DNA of 64,000 nt from Octopus sinensis. Taxonomy: Eukaryota. The position numbers were made by a program, and so were the translations under genes. Each line of letters begins with the position of its first letter. Position 1 is the stretch's first letter. Below are positions 12,471 through 25,725 of this stretch, piece by piece. The stretch covers positions 12,586,001 to 12,650,000 of the forward strand of contig NC_042998.1 in the NCBI RefSeq assembly GCF_006345805.1. Reading direction: 5' to 3'. The notes beneath the pieces are model-generated. The model was not told where the DNA came from, searched no databases, and saw only the letters and a list, made by a program, of their open reading frames with translations.

Positions 12471-13417
12471 TCACTTCATGGAGGCTTTCTAGCAACTGCT
12501 ATTTGGTGCATGAGAGAGTTCGATGCAGCTGCCCTCATATATATATATATATATAATATATATATATATATATACACATACATATATATATATATCTGTG
12601 ATAACCTACAAATTAATCATAAAGCATATATAATTGCCATACCAGACATACTAACGTTTTAGGCCCATCGTTAATAGGAAAAATCATCTCGTTTGAGAAT
12701 ATGTACTTATCGATCATCATGTCCTGAAGGTGCTCCTTAAACTGCTGAATGTATCAAAAAGTTAAAAAATAGTAGAAAATGTTTGATTGCTTGTTGCTCC
12801 CCAGAGACTGAGGTTCATTCTTTCAGGTATAAGGTGACATTGTGTAAGAATAAAAATGATTAACCAAATAATCGGATCCAAACTTCGAAATCTAAGGACT
12901 ATTACCAGCAGTACATAAAATTGTTAACTATTTTTTTTACTCTATGTAAGTATGTGTGTATGTATGTATGTATGTATGTATGTATGTATGTATGTATGTA
13001 TGTATGTTGTGATACACGATCCCTAGTGATCGTTTTTTTCCTCTTCCCCTTTTTTCCTCTTTTTTCTTCTTTTTTCATTTTTCTTTTCTGTTGTTCCTTT
13101 TCCCTTTTTTCTTTTTTTTCTTTTCCTTTTTTTTCTTTTTTTCTTTTTTTGGGTTCTTTTTGCCCTTTTACGATCCCTTTTGATCGAAAACCTACGCCAC
13201 CTTTTTTGTTTTTTCTCCCCCAAAAGAAAAGCTCTACCTTGTAACTTGTCCCATCTGTGTGCAGCCTTGTGTGGCCAATAAAGAAAACTTATCTATCTAT
13301 CTTATTATATTTTTAGATGAGGGGTATAAACAACAACTTCGAAATTTCGGCTAACTCGTCTTCATGAAACAGTCTGATCATTTTACTAAACTACAATAAA
13401 TGTGTATTTTTACATAA

Positions 13418-13615
13418 AACGGCGAGCTGGCAGCAACGTTAGCTCGACGGGCGAATTGCTTAGCGATATTTCGTCTGTCTTTACGTTCTGAGTTCAAATT
13501 CCGCCGAGGTCGACATTGCCTTTCATCTTTTTGGGATCGTTGCACATTGCAGTCGATCTAACCGGCTGGCTTCTCCCCCAAAATTTCGGGCCTTGTGCCT
13601 AGAGTAGAATGGAAT
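13418..13615 (+). mobile_element. tRNA-derived SINE, family B
   Basis: GGCGAGCTGGCAG...GAGTTCAAATTCCGCCGAGGTCGAC..GCCTTTCATC...GGGCCTTGTGCCTAGAGTAGAA. Confidence 0.8.
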
Positions 13616-13733
13616 ATCTATTCTGCAAAATGTGTCATATAATCATTCGGTTTAATATAAAATTGTTTTTATTATATCTCAACATAGCAACAAACATATA
13701 TCTACCTACCTACATACATACATACATATATGT

Positions 13734-14030
13734 GGAGGCGCAATGGCCCAGTGGTTAGAGCAGCGGACTCGCAGTCGTAGGATGGCGGTTTCGATTCCCA
13801 GACCGGGCGTTGTGAGTGTTTATTGAGCGAAAACACCTAAAAGCTCTGCGACGCTCCGGCAGGGGGTGGTGATCCCTGCTGTACTTTTTCACCACTCTTT
13901 CTCCCACTCTTTCTTCTGTTGGCCTGCTCGCTTAGCTAGCGGGGTGGCGTCATTCAAATGCTAAAACAATGCAACGCATTGTGACCAGCGATGTATAACA
14001 ACATCTGATGGTCTGGTCGGTCACGTGATC
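13734..14030 (+). mobile_element. tRNA-derived SINE, family C
   Basis: A box TGGCCCAGTGG (13744-13754) and B box GTTTCGATTCC (13788-13798), followed by about 230 nt of non-tRNA body; inserted in (TACA)n. Confidence 0.75.
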
Positions 14031-14044
14031 ACATACATATATAA

Positions 14045-14390
14045 CACTACCTGAATATCAATCTTGAAAAATTAGGCTTCTCAAAACTTGGAAGGAGAGA
14101 GCTGATTCGATGACTAAATATTCAAGCCATCACTGGAACTATAAAAACATCTGTAAAACTTCCCAGAGTTTTATCATTTAAGTATATAGGAACATGTCTA
14201 GATATGCAAGTATATGCATGAGAAAACATACATAAAACAAACATACAAATCTGCTCGTGTACGCACATACATGCAAAAATATCCTGTTATTGATGTTGAT
14301 ATTCTAATGAAGGAGTCTTGAATCTTAAGTTAAAAGCCGGTCCTTTCTCTATTAGCAAGAAATCTTGACGTAAATCGAATAAAGACATGC
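14045..14390 (+). mobile_element. 3' fragment of an RLE-type (R4/Dong-like) non-LTR element
   Basis: Homologous to 36553-37140 and 38152-38548 (ATTCAAGCCATCACTGGAACT...GCAAGAAATCTTGA); ends in CATA repeats. Confidence 0.6.
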
Positions 14391-14800
14391 ATATACATAC
14401 ATATACATACAGAAATATTACACACACACACACGCGCACGCGGGCGCGCACACACACACATATATATATGTAAATATGTCACATAATCTCCCCAAAAGTA
14501 GACGCATGCCACAGAACCTCCCCAAAAGTAGACGCCAATATCTAAGCGTTATCTTTCTTTAGTAACATTATCTATAAAGGAATCATATCAATAAATGTAA
14601 TCTTCACAAACCATGAATCTGCAGACACTTTCCCTTCACTAGAATGAAGGACTAACTATACATACATACATACATACGTATATATATATTTACATGAATG
14701 CGGCGCATGTTTATACTTTATGGAGACATCTTAAGGTAGAGTTTAGACATTGGCGTCTTTTTCTAGCATGTTGGCGACTTGTATACGTACTTACTTGCCC

Positions 14801-14873
<73 letters not shown>

Positions 14874-15023
14874 AATGAAAATATTTATCCTCTTATAGGA
14901 ATTTTTATCCAAGATACACTGGTTTAATATCTTAAATTTTGAAGTGATATTAGAATATATTATATAATAAAATATCGTACAATATCAAACAATAGATCTC
15001 GCTGTCTTCTAACTCCAATAATG

Positions 15024-15087
<64 letters not shown>

Positions 15088-15819
15088 GGGGGGGTACATA
15101 TCTAATCCCCTACTTTTTACTTAACACAGCACTCCGTCGGTGTATATATGCATATATATACAATTTGGTTGCAGTATGCGTAATGCGAGCGCATGCCCAT
15201 GAAATGCGAGCGCATTTCAGAAACACAAAACTTTAGAAATGATAAAAGCGATGAAAACAGGAAAAAGATAGGTGAACATAAGTGAGAGAAATGTGGGAAA
15301 GTGAAGAGCAGAGAATGCTAAATACCAAACAAATAAAAAAAAACATCAACAAAAGAGAAAAACCTTCACCATTTATAGAATATTTTGTGAAAAAACTTTA
15401 AAAAACCCATTTTAAAAGGAGACACGTAAAATATAATATTTGAATTATTTAGCTTCTGTTTATATGGTTCATTTTGGTGTCAGATGTATGATATATTTCA
15501 CAAACATCTTGTGATAAAGAAATGATTCTGTATGATAGGTTCAAGTAATTATCCGATATATTTATATATATATATATTTAAACTATATGTTTACCGCCAT
15601 CATTAAAGATTTTTTGCATCCCGCTACACTTATATTTACGTATTGTTAACATTGAACGTCTGCAAATCCGTTTTGTTGTATCACGTATTATATTTTACGA
15701 ATGCAGTTCAGTGGAGATGAAAAATGATGCGATTGTTGAACTTTAAACCTGAAGCTAATTTACCTAAAAATCACATCCGCTACATTATTAAGCTTATGAC
15801 TCTGCGAAGGTGAATATAT

Positions 15820-16560
15820 TTTTTCATTTCAACAGCGAAATGTAATTTCTATCCCTTGGAGAAAGACGACCCATAGAATTCAACGTGCAAGACGAATGGA
15901 ACTTTGAACATATGCATTCTTTCAGTCTTTTTAGACCTCCAACTGAGAGGCACACCCTTCTACATTTTATACAAGTTCTATTATGAATTTTAATAGCCAC
16001 ATCATTGTTTACCATGGATAGATTTCTATGAGAATTTTGATGGCTCACCAGGCCTGCACGTCTCATACAACTCCGCCCACAAACCCACACACATAAAATG
16101 CAACACTCATTTTCTACAGGTTCCTACTTTTTAAGCCTCATCCTAATTCCGTCATACTTCACTTTCTCGCTCTCAAACGTTGAACAAACATCATGCACTA
16201 TATTCCTCCATCTCTTGTGCCTCCCTCTCCCAATTACCACCTGCAAATCCTGTCCGTATTAGAGAACTTTTTAGGCCATCGTTAAACCTTAGTTTAGGCT
16301 TATGCGCTGGTCTCCTGCCATCTTCCAGCTCATCCTACACTAGTTGCTTGAGCAGTCGCTCATCAAACAACCTTACCTATCTCTTCCCACCTGAAAGGTT
16401 TTTGCAAAATCATTGACTCTATACTTCTAGTGACGCCCTTCTCAAGCAACTCCACTTTACTAATGACGATTTTCCAATTTATTCCTCAAATCTTTCTCAG
16501 ACAGTATTGATGAAATCGTTCCAGTTGCCTTACCTGCCTACGGTAAACAACCCATGCCTC
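15820..16560 (-). mobile_element. RTE-clade LINE 3' fragment, decayed
   Basis: Minus strand reads DERLLKQLV*DELEDGRRPAHKPKLRFNDGLKSSL, then CGRSCMRRAGLVSHQNSH and CIKCRRVCLSVGGL, a typical RTE post-RT region with C-terminal Cys/His motifs. Confidence 0.7.
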
Positions 16561-16733
16561 AATTTCATATAGCAAAGATGAGATGACGCATGTGTTATAT
16601 ACCTTAACTTTAATTATATATATATATTTAAGTTATATGTTTATTGACATTATTAAACAATTTTTGCATCCCGCTACACATTTTTTACGTATTGGTAACA
16701 TTGAAAGTCTGCAATCCATTTCGTTGTATCGCG

Positions 16734-16782
<49 letters not shown>

Positions 16783-16832
16783 ATATGCATGTATGTATAT
16801 GTATGTATATATAAAGAGAGAGACAAACATAT

Positions 16833-16888
<56 letters not shown>

Positions 16889-16995
16889 ACACCAGACACA
16901 CACTATGTATATATATATATACTTATTATATCGATATATATATTATATATATATATAATATATATATATATATTCTCTTATTTAATTTTTTTCTT

Positions 16996-17660
16996 TTACT
17001 TGCTTCATTTAATTATTGTCATGCTGGAGCACCGCCTTGAAGTGTGTTTGAAGTGTTTTTGCCGAACAATTCGACCCCAGGACGTATTATGTTTAGCCTA
17101 ATACTTATACCATCGTTATCGTTTTCGAGTCGCTAAGTTACGGGGACGTAAACATACAAAGTCCGACTGTCAAGCGGTGATGGAGGGACAAACAAAGATA
17201 AACGCAGATACACACGCACAAACACACAGATATGTATATGTATATACATATATATATTAATAAAGGGAATTCCAACCTTGTCTGATTTTCACGTTTTATT
17301 TACAATCTTATAATGATATAATATAAGATAATATAATATAATAAAATAAAATAATAGAATGTTAAATGTTCATTCTGATTGAACTAGTACTTTCATGCAT
17401 TAAATTCTGCAATCTTCAGATTCATATAGTAGTGCTGACAGTCATGCTTCACAATTTTGGACTGTAGCGAGATGATTAAATCTGTGCCTTAAATACACGA
17501 TGGGCTTCTTTTAGTTTTCGTCCACCAAATACATTCACAAGGTTTCTGATTGTCCCTCCCGAAGCTATAGTAGAAGACACTTGCCTAAGGTGTCACACAG
17601 TGAGACTGAACTCGGAACCATGTGGCTGGGAAGCAAGTTACTTATCACATAGCCACGCCT
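16996..17660 (-). mobile_element. Family-A SINE, interrupted by about 280 nt of AT-rich sequence
   Basis: 3' part at about 16996-17215 and 5' CORE/tRNA part at about 17495-17660, both homologous to 1730-2226. Confidence 0.7.
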
Positions 17661-19465
17661 AAGTGCTTATTGTGTCTAACTCCGTGCTTATGCGTGTGTC
17701 TGTAAATCTAAATTTTGATTCATAATGTGGCAGATTATCTTTTGAAATACAATAAATACAAAGGCCTTCCTTTGGTTCGGATTTTGAAATACAACTTAGT
17801 CTACAGTGTTATTAAATCCACTGCTACTGTATCATTATTAATGAAAAAATTCTGTGTAATGACTATTTCCATTTGCTCTTTTTACATGGTTTCTCTTTTA
17901 GCATGATTTTAACTATAATGAAGTTCGTGATTTTCGAAATGAAATGGCAGAAATACTGCTTGAGAAAATTTAAACATGATAGGTTACGTATATTGGTTTA
18001 AGAGCACATCCCTTTGCTCCTACGATATATACATGGTTAACTAAAATGTAAAATAAGTTGTATCGCGTTAATAAACTGACACTAAATCAGTGGTAAATGT
18101 TAAATTTAGTTTGTTGTTTATCTTTCGTTTTCTCCACCTCTGCATTGACGTACTTCATCAAAGTTGCAGAAATTGGCTGTTCACCAAGCAACGAACACTG
18201 CAGATGCTCGGAGAAAGAAAACGTTTTTGTCTCTAGAGAATGATTAACAATTTTTAAATCCAATTACCAAAACAATTATCTGGCTCTCAGAGTACAGTAT
18301 TTTCAGTACTTTCTATATATCTATCGACCCTTTGATCATTTTTATTGGTTCTCAAGAATACATATACGTTTATGATATTGTTCTGTTTGAACGGCTACAC
18401 GACTTGGTTTGTGTGCACTGAAAGAAAACATATGCCACGATTGTACACAAAATCTCTAGACACAAAGGTATACTTGTAATGTTACAAAGTGTGAAAATAT
18501 TGATATTTCATTTTTGGTGCAGTCGATTTGGTAATATGATAAAAGTAAATATGAAGCACATACATAATTGATTATATTAAGTAACAAATATATCCTACAC
18601 GAGATAAAGAAATATAATTTTCTTATGCCTCTCTTCCGTACGTCTCTATACCACTTTTCTATGAAACATTTGAATGAATTAGGTCGTTGGAAGCTAAATG
18701 CATAACTATAGATGATGCGTAATACCCACGTGAGTCACGGGCAAGTCAGTTGTCTTCTGGATGCCTCAAAAATCTCTTGATTGAATCAAGTGGTATTTCA
18801 ATAAGATTTCAGTGAATAAATGGGCTCTTAGTATCTACAAATTCACGAATGTCGTTCAAAATTTATATTTCTCGGCTGTAAGATAGTAACATCAAGCTTA
18901 AATTGAATTAGATATAAATAATTCAGTTTATAATATTCTATAAATAAAAAGGAAGATATAGGTTAAACGACGTTCCGAAAGCTCAGATTTTAACAATTAT
19001 TGTGATGATACTCGCCATAGGACAGTAAATATAAATTAACCAATAAATATAATTTGATCAGAAATACTTAAATATAAAATAAACGATATAAACTCCTGGA
19101 GTGGTATACTTAATTGTTCAATATTGCCATTGTATGAAAAGATTCCCGAAATCTTTCGTTTAAAACGAACGACTGAAGAGAGATTTAAGGAAACGAATCT
19201 ACTTAATGAATGATGATTAAAGACAATTAGACGAATAATTTATATCTCAGGAAGACTACTAAATAAGAGTAAGTTTCAATTACCGTCCATTTTATGACCG
19301 CTGTAAAAAGTAATTAATAGTAATACAGAATGCTTACCGTGAAAACAACGAGAAAGCATGTGGATATAAATCTCTCCAAGTTTATCTCTGTCTCTCCTTC
19401 ACCGTCTACATATACACACATATCCATCTATATAAAGCCATCTGTAAATCAATGAATATATTTAT

Positions 19466-19522
<57 letters not shown>

Positions 19523-19556
19523 ACACACATATATATATATGTGTATATACATATAT

Positions 19557-19593
<37 letters not shown>

Positions 19594-20031
19594 CACATAC
19601 ATGTATATTTATATATATAAATATGTATGTATTTATGTGTATAAGTGTATGTACATGTATGTATATGTATACATATGTATATATATATTTATATAAGTTT
19701 ATATTCATACGTTTACATAGACATACATATACATATATATGTATACATATATATATACATATATATATATATATGTGTCTATATATATATGTGTCTGTCT
19801 GACTCTCTGTCTGTCTGTCTGTCTGTCTCTCTCTGTCTCTCTCACTCTTTATATATATTGTTGTATTTAGGAATGGTCTTGTTGCCATTTTACCCAATAA
19901 AAACATATGCACTATATATATGGTGTTAATTTGCTTCAGCTTTATTTGTTTTGTATATTAATCTTAATCTTCTGTTTCAACACACGATTTCACATCAAGA
20001 ATCTTGAAAAACAACAAACATACACACACGC

Positions 20032-20062
<31 letters not shown>

Positions 20063-20830
20063 GTGTGTAGATAGTGCATTACACAAATGTTATACAATAG
20101 TTGTGATTTCCCTGTAAGCTACGAGTATAAATGAAACCAATTTCCTGTGAGTAGCCAACATATGAGCCTCCGTTTATCAGCTCTTTTGTGAAACCATTGC
20201 AGGAAAAACCAAAAAACCATCACCAAAATGTTATATTTTTAAGGGGGGATAACTCTGCTTTGCTTAATAGTAAGATTTTAGAAATCATGATATATGTAGT
20301 GCACATTGTGTATGATTAAGAGGAAAAGGTCTAAATTAATTAAAATAAAAAATCGCTCTGCCACATATATATAAAAAAAATTAATTGAAAATAAAAAAAA
20401 TACTCTGGCAATATAAAAGTAACATAAAATGAATTAATGTAGTGTAAGTACAATATCGTTTCCTATAAAAAGTAATATATTAACACTATAATTCATAATA
20501 TGAAGTTAGGTTATTTTGCCTTGTGAAATATATATACATACATACATACATACATACATACATAAATATATATATATATATAATCATATATATATATATA
20601 TGTGTGTGTGTGTGTATGTGTGTATGTGTGTATGTGTGAGTGTGTAAGTGTGTGAGTGTGTATGTGTATATATATATATATATTATATATATATATATAT
20701 ATGATGTGCAAATCGTGTGTTGAAACAGAATATTAAGATTAATATACAAAATAAATAAAGCTGAAGCAAATTAACACCATATATATATATAGTGCGTATG
20801 TTCTTATTGGTTAAAGTGGCATTCCTAAAT

Positions 20831-20867
<37 letters not shown>

Positions 20868-20996
20868 TGTATATATATATTTGTACGTATATGTATGTAT
20901 ACATACATCCACCCATATAAATAGATAAACGAACAAGGAGTTAAACTGGATATAAAATTGTGATTGTATTATGTGTTTGAGAAAATGTGTATACTA

Positions 20997-21197
20997 TATG
21001 AAGGGAAGCTGGAAAGTTCTTGGTTTTGTGAGTAAAAGGAAAATACAGGAGGATCAATTAATTATGATTTTATTCAACATATTCCTCTATCAGATTCGTA
21101 GACTTATGTCAGCTGTCTTTCAGTTTTTCTTAGTCCTTTTGAAAGAATTCTGAGGTTTGGACCTCTAATCAGGCTTTTCGTGATGTTCTTCCTCGTA
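20997..21197. mobile_element. Short mariner-derived remnant (TIR plus transposase C-terminus on minus strand)
   Basis: Starts TATGAAGGGAAGCTGGAAAGTTC, resembling mariner TACGAGGG-type TIRs; the minus strand reads LEVQTSEFFQ...EEYVE. Confidence 0.5.
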
Positions 21198-21222
21198 TAT
21201 GATGATGATGATGATGATGATG

Positions 21223-21276
<54 letters not shown>

Positions 21277-21278
21277 TA

Positions 21279-21990
21279 ATACAGTGGCTACGGAGCTCAG
21301 GGCTAAAAGCAGAGAGCGAAGGTTTCATCCTGGCTGCTCAAGATCAAAGCCTATTAACCCGGAACTACCAGGCCAATGTGATGAAAAAAAAAATGTGATG
21401 AAAAAAAAAAATAAATAAATGAACGAACTATTGAGTTTGGTTTAATGGCCTACCAATGTATACTATGAGTTTCTTTGCCCTAGGAGTCGGGAAGACACTC
21501 GGCAAGAAATGGAAGCAAATTCGAAAGAAGAAAAAAAAAGTAATAATAACAACAATAATAATAATAATAATAAAAACCGCTGACAAATGTTATAAACACC
21601 ATCCTGAAGCTGTGATGGAAGGAGAAAATGTGTCGATTCTATGGGACTTCCCCGTACATACTGACAAAACTGTAAAAGCTAATAAACCGGATATTACTAT
21701 AAAAGATAAGACAAAAAAGCTCTGTTTATTAATTGACATGAGTATTCCTTGCGATCACAATATAGCGGCGAAAGAATTTGACAAGATGAGTAAATATAAA
21801 GACTTGCTAATAGAAATTGAAAAAATGTGGCATCTCAAGGCGACTACAGTACTAGTGATTGTAGGATCTCTAGGAATGATAAAAAAAGGTACTGAAACCT
21901 ATTTGAAAATGATTCCAGGCTTACCATCCCTACAGGAAGTGCAAAAAATCGTGGTAACTGAAAAGACTCATGTACTGAGAAGAGCATCTA
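21279..21990 (+). mobile_element. R4/Dong-clade non-LTR fragments embedded in (TAA)n
   Basis: QWLRSSGLKAESEGFILAAQDQSLLTRNY (post-RT motif) and ILWDFPVHTDKTVKANKPDITIKDK...LLIDMSIP...KYKDLLIEIEKMW (PD..D restriction-like endonuclease); flanked by TAA arrays. Confidence 0.85.
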
Positions 21991-22424
21991 TTCATGAATA
22001 TATTGATTTATTAACACACATACACACACACAAACACACACACACACAACATGATGGACTATATGCTGGAGATTTACCTCCCCAATGGCGATCTAAGCAA
22101 GGGTACGTTGTGCACCAGACGCCAACAGAAGTGGTAGTATATCCAAGCTGAGAAAACAGTGCCACGTTTAAAGAGATATTTGAGGAAGATGTTTTTGTTT
22201 CAGAGACAGGAAGTGCTAATGATTGTGAATTAGTAAAAGCCAGCGGTAAATTTCATATGTGAATCAGATACCAGAGAAAAAAAGCCTAATGATTGGATAC
22301 TAACGAGTATCACGATACGCAGTGTTTTGGGTCAGGGAACCTGAATGAGGTTGGTGTGAGGTGGAGAGTAAAGTACATATATCTACGTGAACTCGATTAC
22401 TCTTTTACTCCCTTTTACGAGGCT

Positions 22425-22630
22425 GGGGGGGGGGGACAAACGCAGGCACACGCGCACACACACATATATACGATAGGCTTTTTTCAGTTTCCGCCTACCA
22501 AATCAACTCACAAGGCTTTGATTGGTCCGAGGCTATATTAGAAGACACTTACCCATGGCGTCACGCAGTGCGACTGAACCCGGAACCGTGTGGTTGGTAA
22601 GCAAGCTACTTACCACGCAGCCACTCTTGC
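22425..22630 (-). mobile_element. Family-A SINE, 5' portion
   Basis: Homologous to 1730-2040. Confidence 0.75.
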
Positions 22631-23195
22631 GTGTGTACATATATCTATACGATTTCGTCTGAAGTAATGTGTGTGTATGCGTTTGTATTTGTATGTGCGT
22701 GCGTGGATGTGTGTGTATATGTATTTGTATATATATGTATATGTATGCATATACATGTATGTATGTATATATGGATATGTATCTATAACTATGTATATGT
22801 ATAAGGAGAGGAAGGGTGAGAGAGAAAGAAAGAGATATATAGATAGATAAATAGAGAGAGGAGAGAGAGAGAGAACAATTTTGGTGTTAGTCATGCTCGA
22901 TACGCTTCTAGATTAAAACTTCAGCACGTTGGCGCCTCTTGGGCAGTTATCGTCGGTTTCACTGATGAAGAATATTTTTTGCCCTTTATCAGTTTCCTTA
23001 CTCCTTTGATTTTCTTTCCGACCTTATATCTAATGTAGTATATCGATATTTCCAATTTCTGTCGATACAAAGCTAGCTTTCTCTCTTTGACTTTTGTTAG
23101 TATCCGTTCTCCTGCTCAGCAAGGAACTCTTTGCTAAAGGTCATAATTTGTGATGTTTCTTGTGAAACAGATTTATTATCTATTCTCCTGTATGC

Positions 23196-23421
23196 TTTTT
23201 TACTCTCTTTTACTCTTTTACTCGTTTCAGTCCATTTTACTGTGGCCATGCTGGAGCACCGCCTTTAACCGAACAAATCAACCCCAGGACTTATTCTTTG
23301 TAAGCCTAGTACTTATTCTATCGGTCTCTTTTGCCGAATCGCTTAGTTACGGGGACGTAAACACACCAGCATCGGTTGTCAAGCGATGTTGAGGGGCCAA
23401 ACACAGACACGCAAATATATG

Positions 23422-23455
<34 letters not shown>

Positions 23456-23533
23456 CATATATACGACGGGATTCTTTCAGTTTCCGTCTACCAAATCCAC
23501 ATGTGGTTGGTCAGCAAGCTACTTACCACGCCT
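23196..23533 (-). mobile_element. Family-A SINE with internal deletion
   Basis: Has the 3' tail with (GAGTAAAA)n, the microsatellite middle and a shortened head. Confidence 0.75.
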
Positions 23534-24841
23534 ATGCACGTAAAATGTTTGCCCATGTTCCCCAAGAAATCTATTATGCCGTCATTTTTAACATATCTTT
23601 TGTCTGGGCTTTTATATATTATGACCGTCATTACGTTTCAAAGCTTTCCCCCTTTTCTTATATCTTCCCTTTGTTGACAAACATCATGTATAGTGTAACA
23701 AAACTGACTATGTTTTCATAAACGTCAGTTGTGACTTCATAAACTTCAAAGTCGGTGCTCCAGCATGACCACAGTCAAATGACTGAAACAAGTAAAAAAG
23801 TAAAAGTGTAACACTTGTCCTGATGTTGTCATTCGTTGTTAGTTTATTTTTCGTTATCTTGAATTTTGAGTCTTCTTTTTAAATGATTGTTTGCTTACAA
23901 CACCTTCAATTTCATAATTTTATCCTCAGATCCAATTTCTTTACCATCTTTTTAAAAACAAGTATGCAATTCTGTTTTTCTTTTGCTGCATCTGTTAACA
24001 GCTTCTTTTGTTCTCTGTTGTCACTGACATCATATATGTGTTATATTTCTTGTTATTTCATCCTTAAATTTTACGGGTTTTTCCATAGCTCGTATTTCCT
24101 GCACACATACACATTGTTCCGGTTTGATTGGTAAGCTTTATGGTGTTGCCAGGTACATGAAATACAGAACTATTTCGTCTCTCTCCCGAAAAGTATTAAA
24201 TAGTTTGGGATTAAACATTATATATGCGTGTTTCTATTATATAACTTATCTCTCATGACGTATGCTGAAACGATTGTAGAGCTGTATTTGGAATAGTTGA
24301 CTCTTTCCTTTAAAGTTACATTTGTTGCTTCCCCCAATCGTTTGGTTTTCCCACTTCTTTCCTTACTTTCATGATGCTAATGCTAACTGTTTTCATCACC
24401 ATTGAACTAGGTAAAGGCCCGTTGTTTTCGCTACCAGTTTTTACGTTATTAATTGTCTTATTCTGAGAACTGAACTGTGTTTCCATCTAGATGAGTTTAC
24501 ATCTGTCATTTTTGATATATCTTATTCCTATCAATTTTTTTTTTGTTTTACTTTATTCTTGTAAAATTTTCTTTTTTACCATTTTTAAAGTGACTGTTGT
24601 ACACATTTATTTCGTCAGATTTTTGCATCCTGCAGTATTTCATCTTTTCATTTATGACGAAATACTCCCTGTTTCCACATATTTTTCTCACCGATTTTTT
24701 TTTCTTCGACATTTTCATTAAAATCTCTCATTATAATTTGTTTTCAAATATGTTTTAATTAATCCTACGATGTTCTCTTAAACATCAACATACACTTTGC
24801 TCTCTAATTTTGGTGTCACATAGACTTGAATTATATCAGTA

Positions 24842-25242
24842 CTAGCATTATAGCCCGAGGTTACTGGGATTTGTTTTCTTTTCGACCCTTTAGAATTGGA
24901 ATTTTTGAAAAGTAAACTTGCTTCATTATGTAGCTTGTTATTCTCTTTAAGTGAACATTTTTCTGGTTGAAATACACCGAAAAATGGCGACACAGCAGTA
25001 AAAAATCGTAAATAATAAGGATTTTCATAGAAAAAATGCACCTTTTTGATGTAAATAATTTTTGGTCTTAACATGGTCCGATTTGAACTTTGTCTCCTAC
25101 AGAATGAAGAGCAAACCTTCTTCTATCATACTCCCAATTTTGGTCAACTTGCGCCGCAGGGTCTCGGAGGCGATAGTGTTAGTTAAAGGCTACCAAACCT
25201 GCCACACACACACACAGACAACTTCAGCTTTATATATATAGA
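24842..25242 (-). mobile_element. Non-autonomous Helitron
   Basis: Minus strand begins TC(TATATATATAAAGCTG) and ends CTAG, sits between host A and T, has a degenerate GC-rich subterminal hairpin (CCCAGTAACCTCGGG) and a (GT)n near the 5' end. Confidence 0.65.
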
Positions 25243-25725
25243 TTGTGTCTGTTAATATTTTATTTTCCGTTGTGACCTTTGGGTGATGTTCTCTTCAGCA
25301 TTTACATACATAATCATCCATAACTCTATAACGAATCAGAGCCAGTTTGGCTTCCATTTTTCATATACATATAGTAAAGGTGACATCCATTTTAGTTCAA
25401 ATTACTTTTATCCAATCTTTCTCTAAATATACATATATCCTAGTTTAGGTTTTCAAGTTCCCCGCCGAGCTCTTGAAATTAGGTCACAACCAGTGGTTAT
25501 CTGATATTACATTTCCATGTTTTAAGCAATCTTGTTCTGAATTCGACATGGCTCCATAGTACATTACATAAACCCTACAAACTTGAGGTCGCTTAGCAAT
25601 GGTAACGTAAAATAACCAGTCCTAACTCGTGAATTGCATTTTAATGGGATTTTTTAAAACCCTGACTGTGGCAATGAGACTGATACAGAAGGGTGCTCGA
25701 CCGATATGGTTATCACAAGAGGAAA

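Noticed and set aside
13335-13375. Hammerhead-like motif on the minus strand
   Set aside because: No proper CUGANGA register and no stem II pairing.
13734-13810. tRNA gene
   Set aside because: A and B boxes are present, but there is no complete cloverleaf and it runs into a repeat body; it is a SINE head.
14487-14765. 18-bp direct repeat CTCCCCAAAAGTAGACGC plus a short inverted match
   Set aside because: Too short and degenerate to assign to an element or function.
18722-18750. Overlapping E-box/AP-1 motif or Helitron 3' hairpin (CCCACGTGAGTCACGGG)
   Set aside because: A single short motif with no CTRR terminus or supporting context; compatible with chance.
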